Source: Parcubacteria group bacterium LiPW_15 (GTDB lineage Bacteria; Patescibacteriota; Minisyncoccia; UBA6257; 2-01-FULL-56-20). From it: a DNA stretch of 64,000 nucleotides. The stretch spans positions 337,576-401,575 of the forward strand of contig VMER01000001.1 of the NCBI GenBank assembly GCA_007375645.1, read 5' to 3'. Shown here piece by piece: positions 49,072 to 57,429 of this stretch. The notes beneath the pieces are model-generated. The model was given only the letters and a program-made list of their open reading frames with translations, did no database searches and was not told the origin of the DNA. Position numbers and translations under genes: made by a program. Position 1 is the stretch's first letter, and the number at the start of each line of letters is the position of its first letter.

Positions 49072-49431
49072 TTATTGTCTTTCCTCTACTTTTCTCATTA
49101 AATCGGCATTTATAACCGCGTTGGCTTTGTTCCCGATAAACCGCACGAACGATCCGCGGGAAGTTTTTTCCGGATCGATCTCGGCCGCCATTCCTTCGGC
49201 AAAAACCGTGTCCTTGTATGCCTGAAAATCCTCAATGGTCACGCTTCCATCTTTTACCTTTGCCCAGATATCCATATCCGCCTCGGTGAGCTCTTCCGGA
49301 TTTAATTCGGCTTTTCCATGCGCGAAGAAATATCCCGTAGGAAGCTCCCCCGCCATTTCCTGGCGCTGCAATTCTTTTACCTCGTCAATGAAGCCCGCAA
49401 GTCCATTTTTTTTCTCAAAATTTTTTTCCAT
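49072..49431 (-). CDS. hypothetical protein between pheS and pheT
   Basis: 119 aa ORF tightly packed between pheS and pheT. Confidence 0.5.
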   Translation of the reverse strand: MEKNFEKKNGLAGFIDEVKELQRQEMAGELPTGYFFAHGKAELNPEELTEADMDIWAKVKDGSVTIEDFQAYKDTVFAEGMAAEIDPEKTSRGSFVRFIGNKANAVINADLMRKVEERQ

Positions 49432-49433
49432 TT

Positions 49434-50414
49434 TTAGAATTGTTTCAGGAATCTTAGATCGCCGGAATAAAAGAGACGGATATCCGGCACGCCGTATTTT
49501 ATCATCGCAAGCCTGTCTATACCCACGCCGAAGGCGAATCCCTGCCAGTCCTTGGGATTATAATGCGCGTATTCAAAAACCCTCGGATGCACCATGCCGG
49601 CGCCCATTATTTCGAGCCACTTCCCTTTAAGTTTTATATCCACCTCTACTCCCGGCTCTACGAACGGGAAATAACTGGGCCGGAATCTAAATTCGATCTT
49701 CTGCCCGACAAAGAATTTTTTGAGGAATTCTTCGATTATAAACTTAAAATTTCCAAGATTTACATCTTTACCGACCATTAGGCCCTCGAGCTGATAAAAA
49801 TTAACTTCGTGGCTCATGTCGGTCGCCTCATAACGAAAACACCTGCCCGGCACAACTATTTGGAAAGGAGGCGTGGATTTTTCCATAAACCGCATTTGCA
49901 TCGGCGAAGTGTGAGTTCTAAGAAGCATTTTTTGCTTATCGCCTTTTCCGCTCTTTAGCCAAAAAGTATCCCACATCTCCCGTGCGGGATGGTTCGCTGG
50001 AATATTTAAGGCATCAAAATTATAATATTCGGTTTCCGCTTCCGGCCCGGTCACTACGGAAAAATTCATACCTGCAAATATTTTTGAAGCATCCGCCATA
50101 ACCCGGCTCAGTGGATGCAGGTGCCCGCGGGAAACCTTTTTACCAGGTGCGGTAATATCCGCGACCATTTCCCCTGCTTCGCCAAAATTAGCGGTTTTAT
50201 CCGCGAGCATATTTTCAAGTTCCACCCGAAGCACATTGGCCTCCGAACCCAAAACTCTTCTCTCTTCAACGGGTAGTTCCTTAAGAGAACGCAAAATTTC
50301 AGTGAGCTCGCCCTTGCGGCCAAGATAATTAAGGCGTATCTGTTCAAGCGCTTCCCGGGTAGTAGCGGAGTTTATTGCTTCCCTTGCGGACGAGCCGATC
50401 TCTCCCAAATTCAT
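49434..50414 (-). CDS. pheS: phenylalanine--tRNA ligase alpha subunit
   Basis: 326 aa; class II aaRS motifs (FQIVVPGRCFRYE, GFAFGVGIDRLAM). Confidence 0.95.
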   Translation of the reverse strand: MNLGEIGSSAREAINSATTREALEQIRLNYLGRKGELTEILRSLKELPVEERRVLGSEANVLRVELENMLADKTANFGEAGEMVADITAPGKKVSRGHLHPLSRVMADASKIFAGMNFSVVTGPEAETEYYNFDALNIPANHPAREMWDTFWLKSGKGDKQKMLLRTHTSPMQMRFMEKSTPPFQIVVPGRCFRYEATDMSHEVNFYQLEGLMVGKDVNLGNFKFIIEEFLKKFFVGQKIEFRFRPSYFPFVEPGVEVDIKLKGKWLEIMGAGMVHPRVFEYAHYNPKDWQGFAFGVGIDRLAMIKYGVPDIRLFYSGDLRFLKQF

Positions 50415-50460
50415 GAGTTTATTTTAACAGAAGTTTAGGCTCTCTTAAAGACGGCGTCTG

Positions 50461-50532
50461 TGGCTGGGGTGAGAATCGGACTCACGACCCGACGCTTATG
50501 AAACGTCTGCTCTACCACTGAGCTACCCAGCC
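50461..50532 (-). tRNA. tRNA-Met/Ile2 (anticodon CAT), elongator type, no encoded CCA
   Basis: reverse complement folds as GGCTGGG-TA-GCTC-AGTGGTA-GAGC..; anticodon loop TTCATAA. Confidence 0.8.
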
Positions 50533-50621
50533 ATTTGAGTGAATCAAATACATTTTTAGCATCAAATCACGTTTTTGACAATCCGCACTTTAGATATATA
50601 ATAACGAAGCAATTAATTACC

Positions 50622-50694
50622 GCGGGAGGATTAGGGAATGGTTTCCCGGGGAGCCCCATAAGCTCTTGAAGCTGGTCCGATTCCAGCTCCCGCA
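50622..50694 (+). ncRNA. non-canonical tRNA-like gene (perfect 7 bp acceptor stem GCGGGAG/CTCCCGC, T-arm GCTGG-TCCGATT-CCAGC, irregular D/anticodon region)
   Basis: 73 nt; acceptor and T-arm fold by hand, but no canonical anticodon arm; its 3' end is the direct-repeat target of element C. Confidence 0.45.
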
Positions 50695-50964
50695 ACAAGA
50701 AACAAAAACACCCCGAGGGGTGTTTTTGTTTTGATGTTGGAATCGGACGTGAAGGGGGTCGGGGAAACGGCGGTTGCTCGCGCAAGTAAACAAACGTCTT
50801 TCCGCCGATAGGCGGGGCCGTGGCGGAAATACTGCAATTGGTAGCGAGGATAAAATGGCATTGAACATTTTAGCCGAGCGAACCAATTGATGGCTTGTCC
50901 TTCAAACCGCGGGGTGTTAGAAAATTCGCAAAGCGAATTTTGTCTGCTTCCAGCTCCCGCAACA
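50681..50964 (-). mobile_element. miniature tRNA-3'-end-associated element, copy C
   Basis: 17 bp direct repeat ttccagctcccgcaaca at 50681..50697 (the tRNA-like 3' end) and 50948..50964; conserved core at 50750..50843 on the minus strand, with a roughly 45 nt expansion of the hairpin; spacer homologous to copy B. Confidence 0.55.
50704..50731. terminator. bidirectional intrinsic terminator / centre of a 22 bp nested palindrome
   Basis: aaaaacaccccgaggggtgttttt. Confidence 0.65.
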
Positions 50965-51028
50965 GCTTCAGTTTTCAATTTCGCGAAGACAGCGTCAACC
51001 GCTTCCAGCGAGCGGTTGCGCCTGAATC

Positions 51029-51048
51029 CCTGCCTGCCGGCAGGCAGG
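51029..51048. repeat. perfect 20 bp palindrome CCTGCCTGCCGGCAGGCAGG (copy 2 of 3)
   Basis: exact match; lies in a roughly 900 bp ORF-poor region. Confidence 0.9.
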
Positions 51049-51201
51049 TCGTAGCAAAAATCTGCCATTCGGCAGAACCAATCTTTTTGCTCCTCCAATG
51101 TCCTCCGCAAAATCGAAAACTTCCGCCGTGGAAGTAAGAGAAAAAAATATACAAAAAAAGCCGGTGTCCGCCACATACGTGGTTTCGTGTCCGGCTGCGC
51201 T

Positions 51202-51447
51202 TCACTGGGAAGCAGAGGTGGAATTCGGATTAAGCTTCGCCCGCAGCTCCGCGAGGAGCTCGACCGGATTGACGCCCCTGGCGTCCTTCGGTAGCAGGGC
51301 GCAGGCAGCCTCAACCAGCTTCTCCTCGAATGGGGTTCTTGTGTGGTTGGGGCTGGACTCATGGATTTCCCGGAGCGTCTTCAGAACGACGGTCATGAGC
51401 TTATCGTTCCCGAGCGATCGCAGATCGATTTCGTCCTTTTTGGGCAT
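51202..51447 (-). CDS. hypothetical small GC-rich protein
   Basis: 81 aa from the ATG preceded by a GAGAGGAG RBS. Confidence 0.4.
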   Translation of the reverse strand: MPKKDEIDLRSLGNDKLMTVVLKTLREIHESSPNHTRTPFEEKLVEAACALLPKDARGVNPVELLAELRAKLNPNSTSASQ

Positions 51448-51576
51448 CGCTACCAATCTCCTCTCGTCCCAAATTAGAGAACTTCGCACATTGTACGCTT
51501 TTCCGTGAAACATCGCAATAGCAGGTTTGCATCCGCCCTCCCGCAGTGTTTTAATTTCAACAATATAGCTCGGAAA

Positions 51577-52866
51577 ATGATGCCTGACCGGAAAAAACAA
51601 ATAGCTATTTTGGGATTCGGGAATGAAGGACGCGCCGTCTTTAAGTTTTTGAAACGAGAGAAAGAGTTGGAAGATAAAAATGTCTGGATATTGGATAGAT
51701 CCGAAAAGGTAAAAATCCCCAAAGGCATTAAGTCCCAGTTAGGGAAGGATTATCTGAAAAACCTGGCGCGCTTTCTGACCATCTATCGCTCCCCCGGCGT
51801 GCCCTACATGGCCAAAGAGCTTGTTGTCGCGCGGAAGAAAGGGGTCCGTTTTTCTAGCGCCACCAAACTTTTTTTTGAAAAATCTCCCGCGCCGATAATC
51901 GGCGTAACCGGAACCAAGGGCAAAGGAACCACTTCCACGCTTCTTAAAAAAATACTTAAGGCGGCGCACAAAGACGTTTACCTCGCAGGAAATATCGGAC
52001 TCCCGGCGGTAGAGATCCTTCCAAAGCTCAAAAAAACATCTTGGGTTATTTTGGAGCTCTCAAGTTTTCAGCTACAAGATTTGGAGATATCGCCCACAGT
52101 ATCCGTAGTCCTTGAAGTGTTCCCCGATCATCAAGATTCGCATAAAAATTTGGCGGAATACTATTCCTCCAAGGCAAATGTCGCAAAGCATCAAAAACCG
52201 ACTGACGCCGTTTTCTTTTTTGGCGACAAGGAAAAAAGCCGTTGGGTAGCGTCTCACGGCAAGGGCGAGAAAATGCCGGTCTTGCCGGACGGCTCCCTGG
52301 AACTGGATGAAGAAGAGCTTAAAGTGAGAGGTCCGCATAATTTTAGAAACGCGGTCCTTGCTCTAGCGGTCGCCGAATATCTGGGCATTCCCAAAAAAAT
52401 AGCGGTCCGAATAATAAAGAGTTTCCGCGGGTTGGAACACCGCTTGGAGTTCGTGCGCGCTATCGGCAACGTTAAATTCTATAACGATTCTGCCTCCACC
52501 AACCCGCACACTTCCGCAGCAGCTCTTCGCTCCTTCGCGCCCCATGAGGCCGCAATCATCATGGGCGGCTATGATAAGGGTTTGAATTACTCCCCTGCCG
52601 CGAAAGCGATAAAAGAAGCCCGGCCGAAACTTGTTGTGCTCTTAGGAGCAAACTCCCAAAAAATATATAAGGCCATAAACAAAACCGGAGTAAAAATTAA
52701 ATTCGCAAAAAAATTAGACGCGGCGGTTCGTTCCGCTTACGCGGCAGTCAAAGAAAAAGATGTGCCGGGGGCGGTAGTATTTTCTCCGGGCGCCGCGAGC
52801 TTCGATATGTTCAAGAATTATGCGGATCGCGGGAAGCAATACAAGGTAGTAGTCGGCAGTTTGTAG
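51577..52866 (+). CDS. murD: UDP-N-acetylmuramoylalanine--D-glutamate ligase
   Basis: about 430 aa; Mur ligase motifs (GVTGTKGKGTT). Confidence 0.9.
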   Translation: MMPDRKKQIAILGFGNEGRAVFKFLKREKELEDKNVWILDRSEKVKIPKGIKSQLGKDYLKNLARFLTIYRSPGVPYMAKELVVARKKGVRFSSATKLFFEKSPAPIIGVTGTKGKGTTSTLLKKILKAAHKDVYLAGNIGLPAVEILPKLKKTSWVILELSSFQLQDLEISPTVSVVLEVFPDHQDSHKNLAEYYSSKANVAKHQKPTDAVFFFGDKEKSRWVASHGKGEKMPVLPDGSLELDEEELKVRGPHNFRNAVLALAVAEYLGIPKKIAVRIIKSFRGLEHRLEFVRAIGNVKFYNDSASTNPHTSAAALRSFAPHEAAIIMGGYDKGLNYSPAAKAIKEARPKLVVLLGANSQKIYKAINKTGVKIKFAKKLDAAVRSAYAAVKEKDVPGAVVFSPGAASFDMFKNYADRGKQYKVVVGSL

Positions 52867-52953
52867 AAATTAATAATGGCGCCGATCAATTGAAAAACAC
52901 CTACGGCTAAATTATTATAGATTCAGCCCCAAGCAGGGAGAAAGGAATCTGAG

Positions 52954-53142
52954 ATGTGCTCGAGAGATGACGACTATGAGTTCTGGAGAAGAGAGAACCT
53001 CTGCTCGATAGAGAGAGCAGCCGGGTTCGGAAACGAAAGCGCGCAACAGGTGCTCCGAGAATTGGAGCAGAGGCCACCCACACCCGTCATCGGCACCGCA
53101 GATCCCAGGACCCCCGATTCGCCCGAGGCCGAAAAAGGCTGA
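52954..53142 (+). CDS. hypothetical small GC-rich protein
   Basis: 62 aa; RBS AGGA upstream; GC-rich hairpin plus T-run downstream. Confidence 0.3.
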   Translation: MCSRDDDYEFWRRENLCSIERAAGFGNESAQQVLRELEQRPPTPVIGTADPRTPDSPEAEKG

Positions 53143-53242
53143 ACAGAGCGACTCGCTCGAATGGGCCGGCGTTACGCGCCGACCCATTTCTTTTACTTAT
53201 TCGCCCCTATAAATTGATCCCAAAACTTTATATACTATTCTC

Positions 53243-53539
53243 ATGCCCTCGCCCATAAATAAGAAGGTTTTGCAGTCCATTTCCGGGCTCGCCCGACTGG
53301 AACTGCAGGAAAAGGAGTCCGAAAAGATATTGGAAGATCTCCGAAATATTTTGGACCACTTTAATGAACTTCAGGAATTGGATACATCTTCGATAGTTTC
53401 GGAAGTTATTCCCGAACGGGACCGCAAGATATTCCGCGAAGACGACGAAAGGATTGGCACCAATCTGGGCGCCGGAAAAGAATTATTCCCCCGAACCGAG
53501 GACGGCTTTCTTGCCATCCCGCCTGTTTTTAAAGATTAA
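53243..53539 (+). CDS. gatC: aspartyl/glutamyl-tRNA amidotransferase subunit C
   Basis: 98 aa; GatC family similarity. Confidence 0.9.
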   Translation: MPSPINKKVLQSISGLARLELQEKESEKILEDLRNILDHFNELQELDTSSIVSEVIPERDRKIFREDDERIGTNLGAGKELFPRTEDGFLAIPPVFKD

Positions 53540-53540
53540 A

Positions 53541-54992
53541 ATGGAAGACCTTAAGGATCTTACAATCAAAAGTTTTGGCGAAGGTCTCCGAGAAAAGAAA
53601 TTCTCGGCCATGGAGGCAACGCTTGCCTACTTTGAAAATATCAAGAAAATGGACCCGTCGCTCGGCGCATATCTGCATTTGATGGAAGAATCCGCCGCAA
53701 CCCAAGCGGAAAAAATTGACCTCGCTCTTCAAAATGGCGAAGAGTTGGGCCCGCTTGCCGGAGTGCCAATGGCAATAAAGGACAACATCCTTATAAAGGG
53801 ACACCCGGCCACGGCCGCTTCCAAGATGCTAAAAGATTATGTCGCAAGCTACGATGCGAGCGTGATAAATAATTTAAAAAGATCCGGGGCGGTTTTTCTC
53901 GGAAAAACGAACATGGATGAATTCGCGATGGGATCTTCCACGGAAAATTCCGCTTTTCGATTGACCAGAAACCCTCGAGACATGGAGCGCGTTCCGGGAG
54001 GATCTTCCGGAGGTTCCGCGGCGGCCGTAGCCGGAGATCTGGCCTTGGCGGCGCTCGGAAGCGACACCGGCGGCTCGATCCGCCAACCCGCAGCGCTTTG
54101 CGGCGTTGTAGGCCTCAAATCGACCTATGGGACTGTTTCCCGCTCGGGACTCATCGCTATGGCCTCCTCCTTGGACCAGATCGGTCCCATAACTAAGACG
54201 GTCTCGGATGCGGCACAAGTTTTTATGGCCATTCAAGGGTCGGATCCGCTCGACAATACCAACGCAGGAATCGCGTATGATCCAAAGGAGATTCTTGAAC
54301 CCTCGCTCGAAAAAGTTAAAAAACTGCGGGTCGGGGTACCAAAGGAATTTATGGTGGACGGGTTGGAAGATAAGGTTCGTTCCGGGATAGAACAGGCTGT
54401 AGAAAAAATAAAGAGTCTCGGCGTGGAAGTAAAAACTATCTCTCTCCCGAACGCGAAATACGCCCTCTCTACCTACTACATAATCATGCCGGCCGAAGTC
54501 AGTTCCAACCTCGCGCGTTTCGACGGAATCCGCTATGGCGCGCGCGACGATGAGAACAAAAAACAAAGCCTTCTGGATATATATCTATCCGAACGCGGCC
54601 GAGGCTTCGGGGCGGAAACAAAACGCAGAATAATACTCGGAACTTTCGTTCTCTCCTCAGGTTACTACGACGCCTATTACGAAAAAGCGCAAAGAGTTCG
54701 CGCCTTGATGCGCAAAGATCTGGACGAAGCTTTTAAGGAAGTCGATGTGATAATCGGCCCGACAACCCCAACCACCGCATTCAAGATCGGCGAGAAGACC
54801 AGCGACCCCCTCTCTATGTATCTTTCCGATATTTTCACAATTCCCGCCAACATGGCGGAAATTCCGGCTATTTCTATCCCGGTAGAAAAATTCAAGGAGG
54901 GAGAACTTCCGGTGGGATTCCAGCTTATGGGGCGGCGTTTCCGAGAAGCGGACATCTTAAGTCTCGGACAATATTACGAAAAACTAAACTAG
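53541..54992 (+). CDS. gatA: aspartyl/glutamyl-tRNA amidotransferase subunit A
   Basis: 483 aa from MEDLKDL; amidase signature GGSSGGSAAAVA and Ser-cisSer-Lys triad region. Confidence 0.95.
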   Translation: MEDLKDLTIKSFGEGLREKKFSAMEATLAYFENIKKMDPSLGAYLHLMEESAATQAEKIDLALQNGEELGPLAGVPMAIKDNILIKGHPATAASKMLKDYVASYDASVINNLKRSGAVFLGKTNMDEFAMGSSTENSAFRLTRNPRDMERVPGGSSGGSAAAVAGDLALAALGSDTGGSIRQPAALCGVVGLKSTYGTVSRSGLIAMASSLDQIGPITKTVSDAAQVFMAIQGSDPLDNTNAGIAYDPKEILEPSLEKVKKLRVGVPKEFMVDGLEDKVRSGIEQAVEKIKSLGVEVKTISLPNAKYALSTYYIIMPAEVSSNLARFDGIRYGARDDENKKQSLLDIYLSERGRGFGAETKRRIILGTFVLSSGYYDAYYEKAQRVRALMRKDLDEAFKEVDVIIGPTTPTTAFKIGEKTSDPLSMYLSDIFTIPANMAEIPAISIPVEKFKEGELPVGFQLMGRRFREADILSLGQYYEKLN

Positions 54993-55033
54993 GCGCTAAT
55001 CAAAAATCCCCGGATATCCGGGGATTTTGTTAA

Positions 55034-55954
55034 TTACGGAGTAGCTGGCGTCGTCGTGGCAACTGGCGGAGTTGAAGTGGGCGCGGATTGCAACTCGGAG
55101 CCATTGACCATTTGAACTGTCACATCGTAGGCGCCGGGAATATGCGTCCCTGCTAGCTCCGCAGTCGCGCCGATAAGCGGCTTCAGGGTGAAATCAAGTT
55201 TCGCGTCCTTGGAATTTTTAACCGAGAGAACGACGCCGTTAACTGTTGTCAGGTTATAAACCCCCTTAGCCTGCCCGACCAATCCTCTGAGAGAAAAAGG
55301 TTTTGCCGCTAGAGTGCCGGTAGAGCTTTGCGGAATAACAAAAAGAGTAAGTTGATCGGTAAGATCTTTTATCGCCATCTTAGCGGCATCTAACTCTGTG
55401 GCACTGGTGGCGCCAGTACCCTGGAGTTCGGCAAGCTGAGCAGTAAGCGCGGCATTAGCCGCGATAAGCTGGTCTGATGTTCCCGACAACTTCCCGGCGT
55501 TACTCATAAAATAGACGATCGAACCTACGAGCGCCAAAACAGCCACTCCGGCAATTATCCAAGGCAAACGTCCACCGGAAGATCTTGGCGAACCGCTCCC
55601 CATTATGTCTTGGGCAACGGCAGATTTGCCGGCATCTTTAGCCGCAGAAGCGGCGGGCCCGGCGGTAGACATACCGGCGGGATTGCTCATAAAATCAAAA
55701 CTCATTGCTTCTTTTTTTGGTTCTGCTTTCACCTCTGTCTTCGCGAGCTCCGCGGGCTTAGCGGCCTGGCTCGTGAAGGAACCGAAGGCCGAGGTGGTCG
55801 TGGAAACGGGCGAGGCGGGCTTTGCGCCCTTAACGCCCTCTTCGATATCTGCATCCGGCCAGCCGGCATCTTTTAATATTTTTCTGATGTCGGATTCGGA
55901 AACTCCGGCCATCATCTGCCCTTTTACGTAATCAATGAGTTGTTGGTTTGCCAT
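55034..55954 (-). CDS. hypothetical membrane-anchored protein
   Basis: 306 aa; central TM helix; Ala/Thr-rich. Confidence 0.5.
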   Translation of the reverse strand: MANQQLIDYVKGQMMAGVSESDIRKILKDAGWPDADIEEGVKGAKPASPVSTTTSAFGSFTSQAAKPAELAKTEVKAEPKKEAMSFDFMSNPAGMSTAGPAASAAKDAGKSAVAQDIMGSGSPRSSGGRLPWIIAGVAVLALVGSIVYFMSNAGKLSGTSDQLIAANAALTAQLAELQGTGATSATELDAAKMAIKDLTDQLTLFVIPQSSTGTLAAKPFSLRGLVGQAKGVYNLTTVNGVVLSVKNSKDAKLDFTLKPLIGATAELAGTHIPGAYDVTVQMVNGSELQSAPTSTPPVATTTPATP

Positions 55955-56004
55955 ACACTCATTCTAAGGCTTGCCTAGGCGCTTACAAGCTGGTCTTATC
56001 CACA

Positions 56005-57027
56005 TCACAAAGGCAATTCAAAACCCCCTTCGTATGACGCAGGAACTATGCCGCTCCTTCTAATAAATCCCCCAAACCACTCCGCCTCGAACGCGGATTC
56101 AATATTGGCCGGCTGACTTTTCACGCTTACAATCGGCAAGAATTCGTAAACTATTTTAGTTTCGAATATTTTCATGGAGACCATAAGCCCCTCTTGCGTC
56201 TCTTCGGAAAAATACTGGTCAAAAATAAAATTGCCGAGCGAATAAAATATCGGTCTATTCTTGTATATCTCGAATTCCTGCACTACGTGAGGGTGAGAAC
56301 CGATAACAGCGGTTGCTCCGGCATCAACAAGCTCGCGCCCCAGTTGTTTTTGGAATGCATTGGATGAAGACGAATACTCCTCTCCCCAATGCATAAAAAT
56401 AAATATAAGTTCGTCGGAAGACGATATTCTTTCCGCGGCGACATCGGAAAGAGTCTGATCTTTCTTAAAACTCGGATAGGTCGCGTTATATCCAAAAAAT
56501 GCGAGATTCTTGCCGTTTTGTTCCAATCGCCTGACATAAAACGCGTCTCCGGAAATCGGATGACCGAAAGAATTTATCCCCTCCTCCGATAGACGGGCCA
56601 CGGTTTCCTCGTAACCCCTGGAACCGAAGTCAACGGTGTGATTGTTTGCCAAAGAAAGCAGGTTGAAGCCGGCCGCTTTCAACACTCCGGGCGAGCTTGT
56701 GGGAAATGCAAACTTAAAGGAGTAGGACATAGTTCTCGGCGCGCCGAGAACTATGGGCCCCTCCAGATTCCCAACGACGATATCATATTGCCCCAGGAGA
56801 TCCTTAACCTTCTCGAAAGGATAATCCTCCCCGTATCTTTCACCCAAAAGTTGCACATTCCGACCGAGCATTATGTCTCCGGCAAATATCAAAGAAAGCG
56901 GTTCCTCTTCTTTTGTCTCCATCACCCCTTCGTCCAATTGCGGCGATTCAATCTGAATTTCTACGGCCGGAATAAAAAATAGACCTGTCGCCAGAAGTAT
57001 CGCGCCAAAGAGATAGGCTGCCCTCAT
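56005..57027 (-). CDS. CapA/PgsA-family metallophosphoesterase (poly-gamma-glutamate capsule synthesis-like)
   Basis: 340 aa; NHTVDFG, GSHPHVVQ motifs. Confidence 0.8.
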   Translation of the reverse strand: MRAAYLFGAILLATGLFFIPAVEIQIESPQLDEGVMETKEEEPLSLIFAGDIMLGRNVQLLGERYGEDYPFEKVKDLLGQYDIVVGNLEGPIVLGAPRTMSYSFKFAFPTSSPGVLKAAGFNLLSLANNHTVDFGSRGYEETVARLSEEGINSFGHPISGDAFYVRRLEQNGKNLAFFGYNATYPSFKKDQTLSDVAAERISSSDELIFIFMHWGEEYSSSSNAFQKQLGRELVDAGATAVIGSHPHVVQEFEIYKNRPIFYSLGNFIFDQYFSEETQEGLMVSMKIFETKIVYEFLPIVSVKSQPANIESAFEAEWFGGFIRRSGIVPASYEGGFELPL

Positions 57028-57144
57028 CCCACAATCTTAAACCCAGGACCCGCGCATATCAAAACTCCCTTTCCCGTTCGAGCCGCTAGATTAAATGCTT
57101 ATTTCTAAATACCATGCCAGAGCCAACTTTAAATATCTTTCAAA

Positions 57145-57322
57145 GTCGGCCGGAATCAAACAAAATTTGCTTCTCAAATTTTCTAACACCTTGTGGTTTT
57201 AGTATTTCCACCACGGGGAAACTTCCGTTTCCCCGACCCCTTTCCCGTTCGAGTCCGGCTGGATACAGAGCAACCAAAAAATGCCCGATGGGCATATTTT
57301 GGTTGCTGCGCGGTCGGCCGGA
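57145..57322 (+). mobile_element. miniature tRNA-3'-end-associated element, copy B
   Basis: direct repeat gtcggccgga(N)tc at 57145..57157 and 57313..57325 (inside the tRNA-Asp 3' region); conserved core at 57205..57259; nested palindrome. Confidence 0.55.
57275..57300. terminator. bidirectional intrinsic terminator between element B and tRNA-Asp
   Basis: aaaaaatgcccgatgggcatatttt inside the outer stem gcaaccaaaa/ttttggttgc. Confidence 0.65.
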
Positions 57323-57383
57323 CTCGAACCGGTAACCCCCGCCGTGACAGGGCGGTGCTCTAACCAAATTGAGCTACGACCGC
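57309..57383 (-). tRNA. tRNA-Asp (anticodon GTC), no encoded CCA
   Basis: reverse complement folds as GCGGTCG-TA-GCTC..; anticodon loop CTGTCAC; T-arm CCGG-TTCGAGT-CCGG. Confidence 0.8.
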
Positions 57384-57429
57384 ATTAGAACCTAGATATA
57401 ATAGCTAAAAATACAGCCTTTAAGCAAGG

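Noticed and set aside
50631-51362. 243 aa ORF across the ORF-poor region after tRNA-Met
   Set aside because: It runs through a bidirectional terminator, the element C core and a 20 bp palindrome; the translation is Arg/Pro/Ser-rich junk; region interpreted as non-coding plus one small gene (51202..51447).
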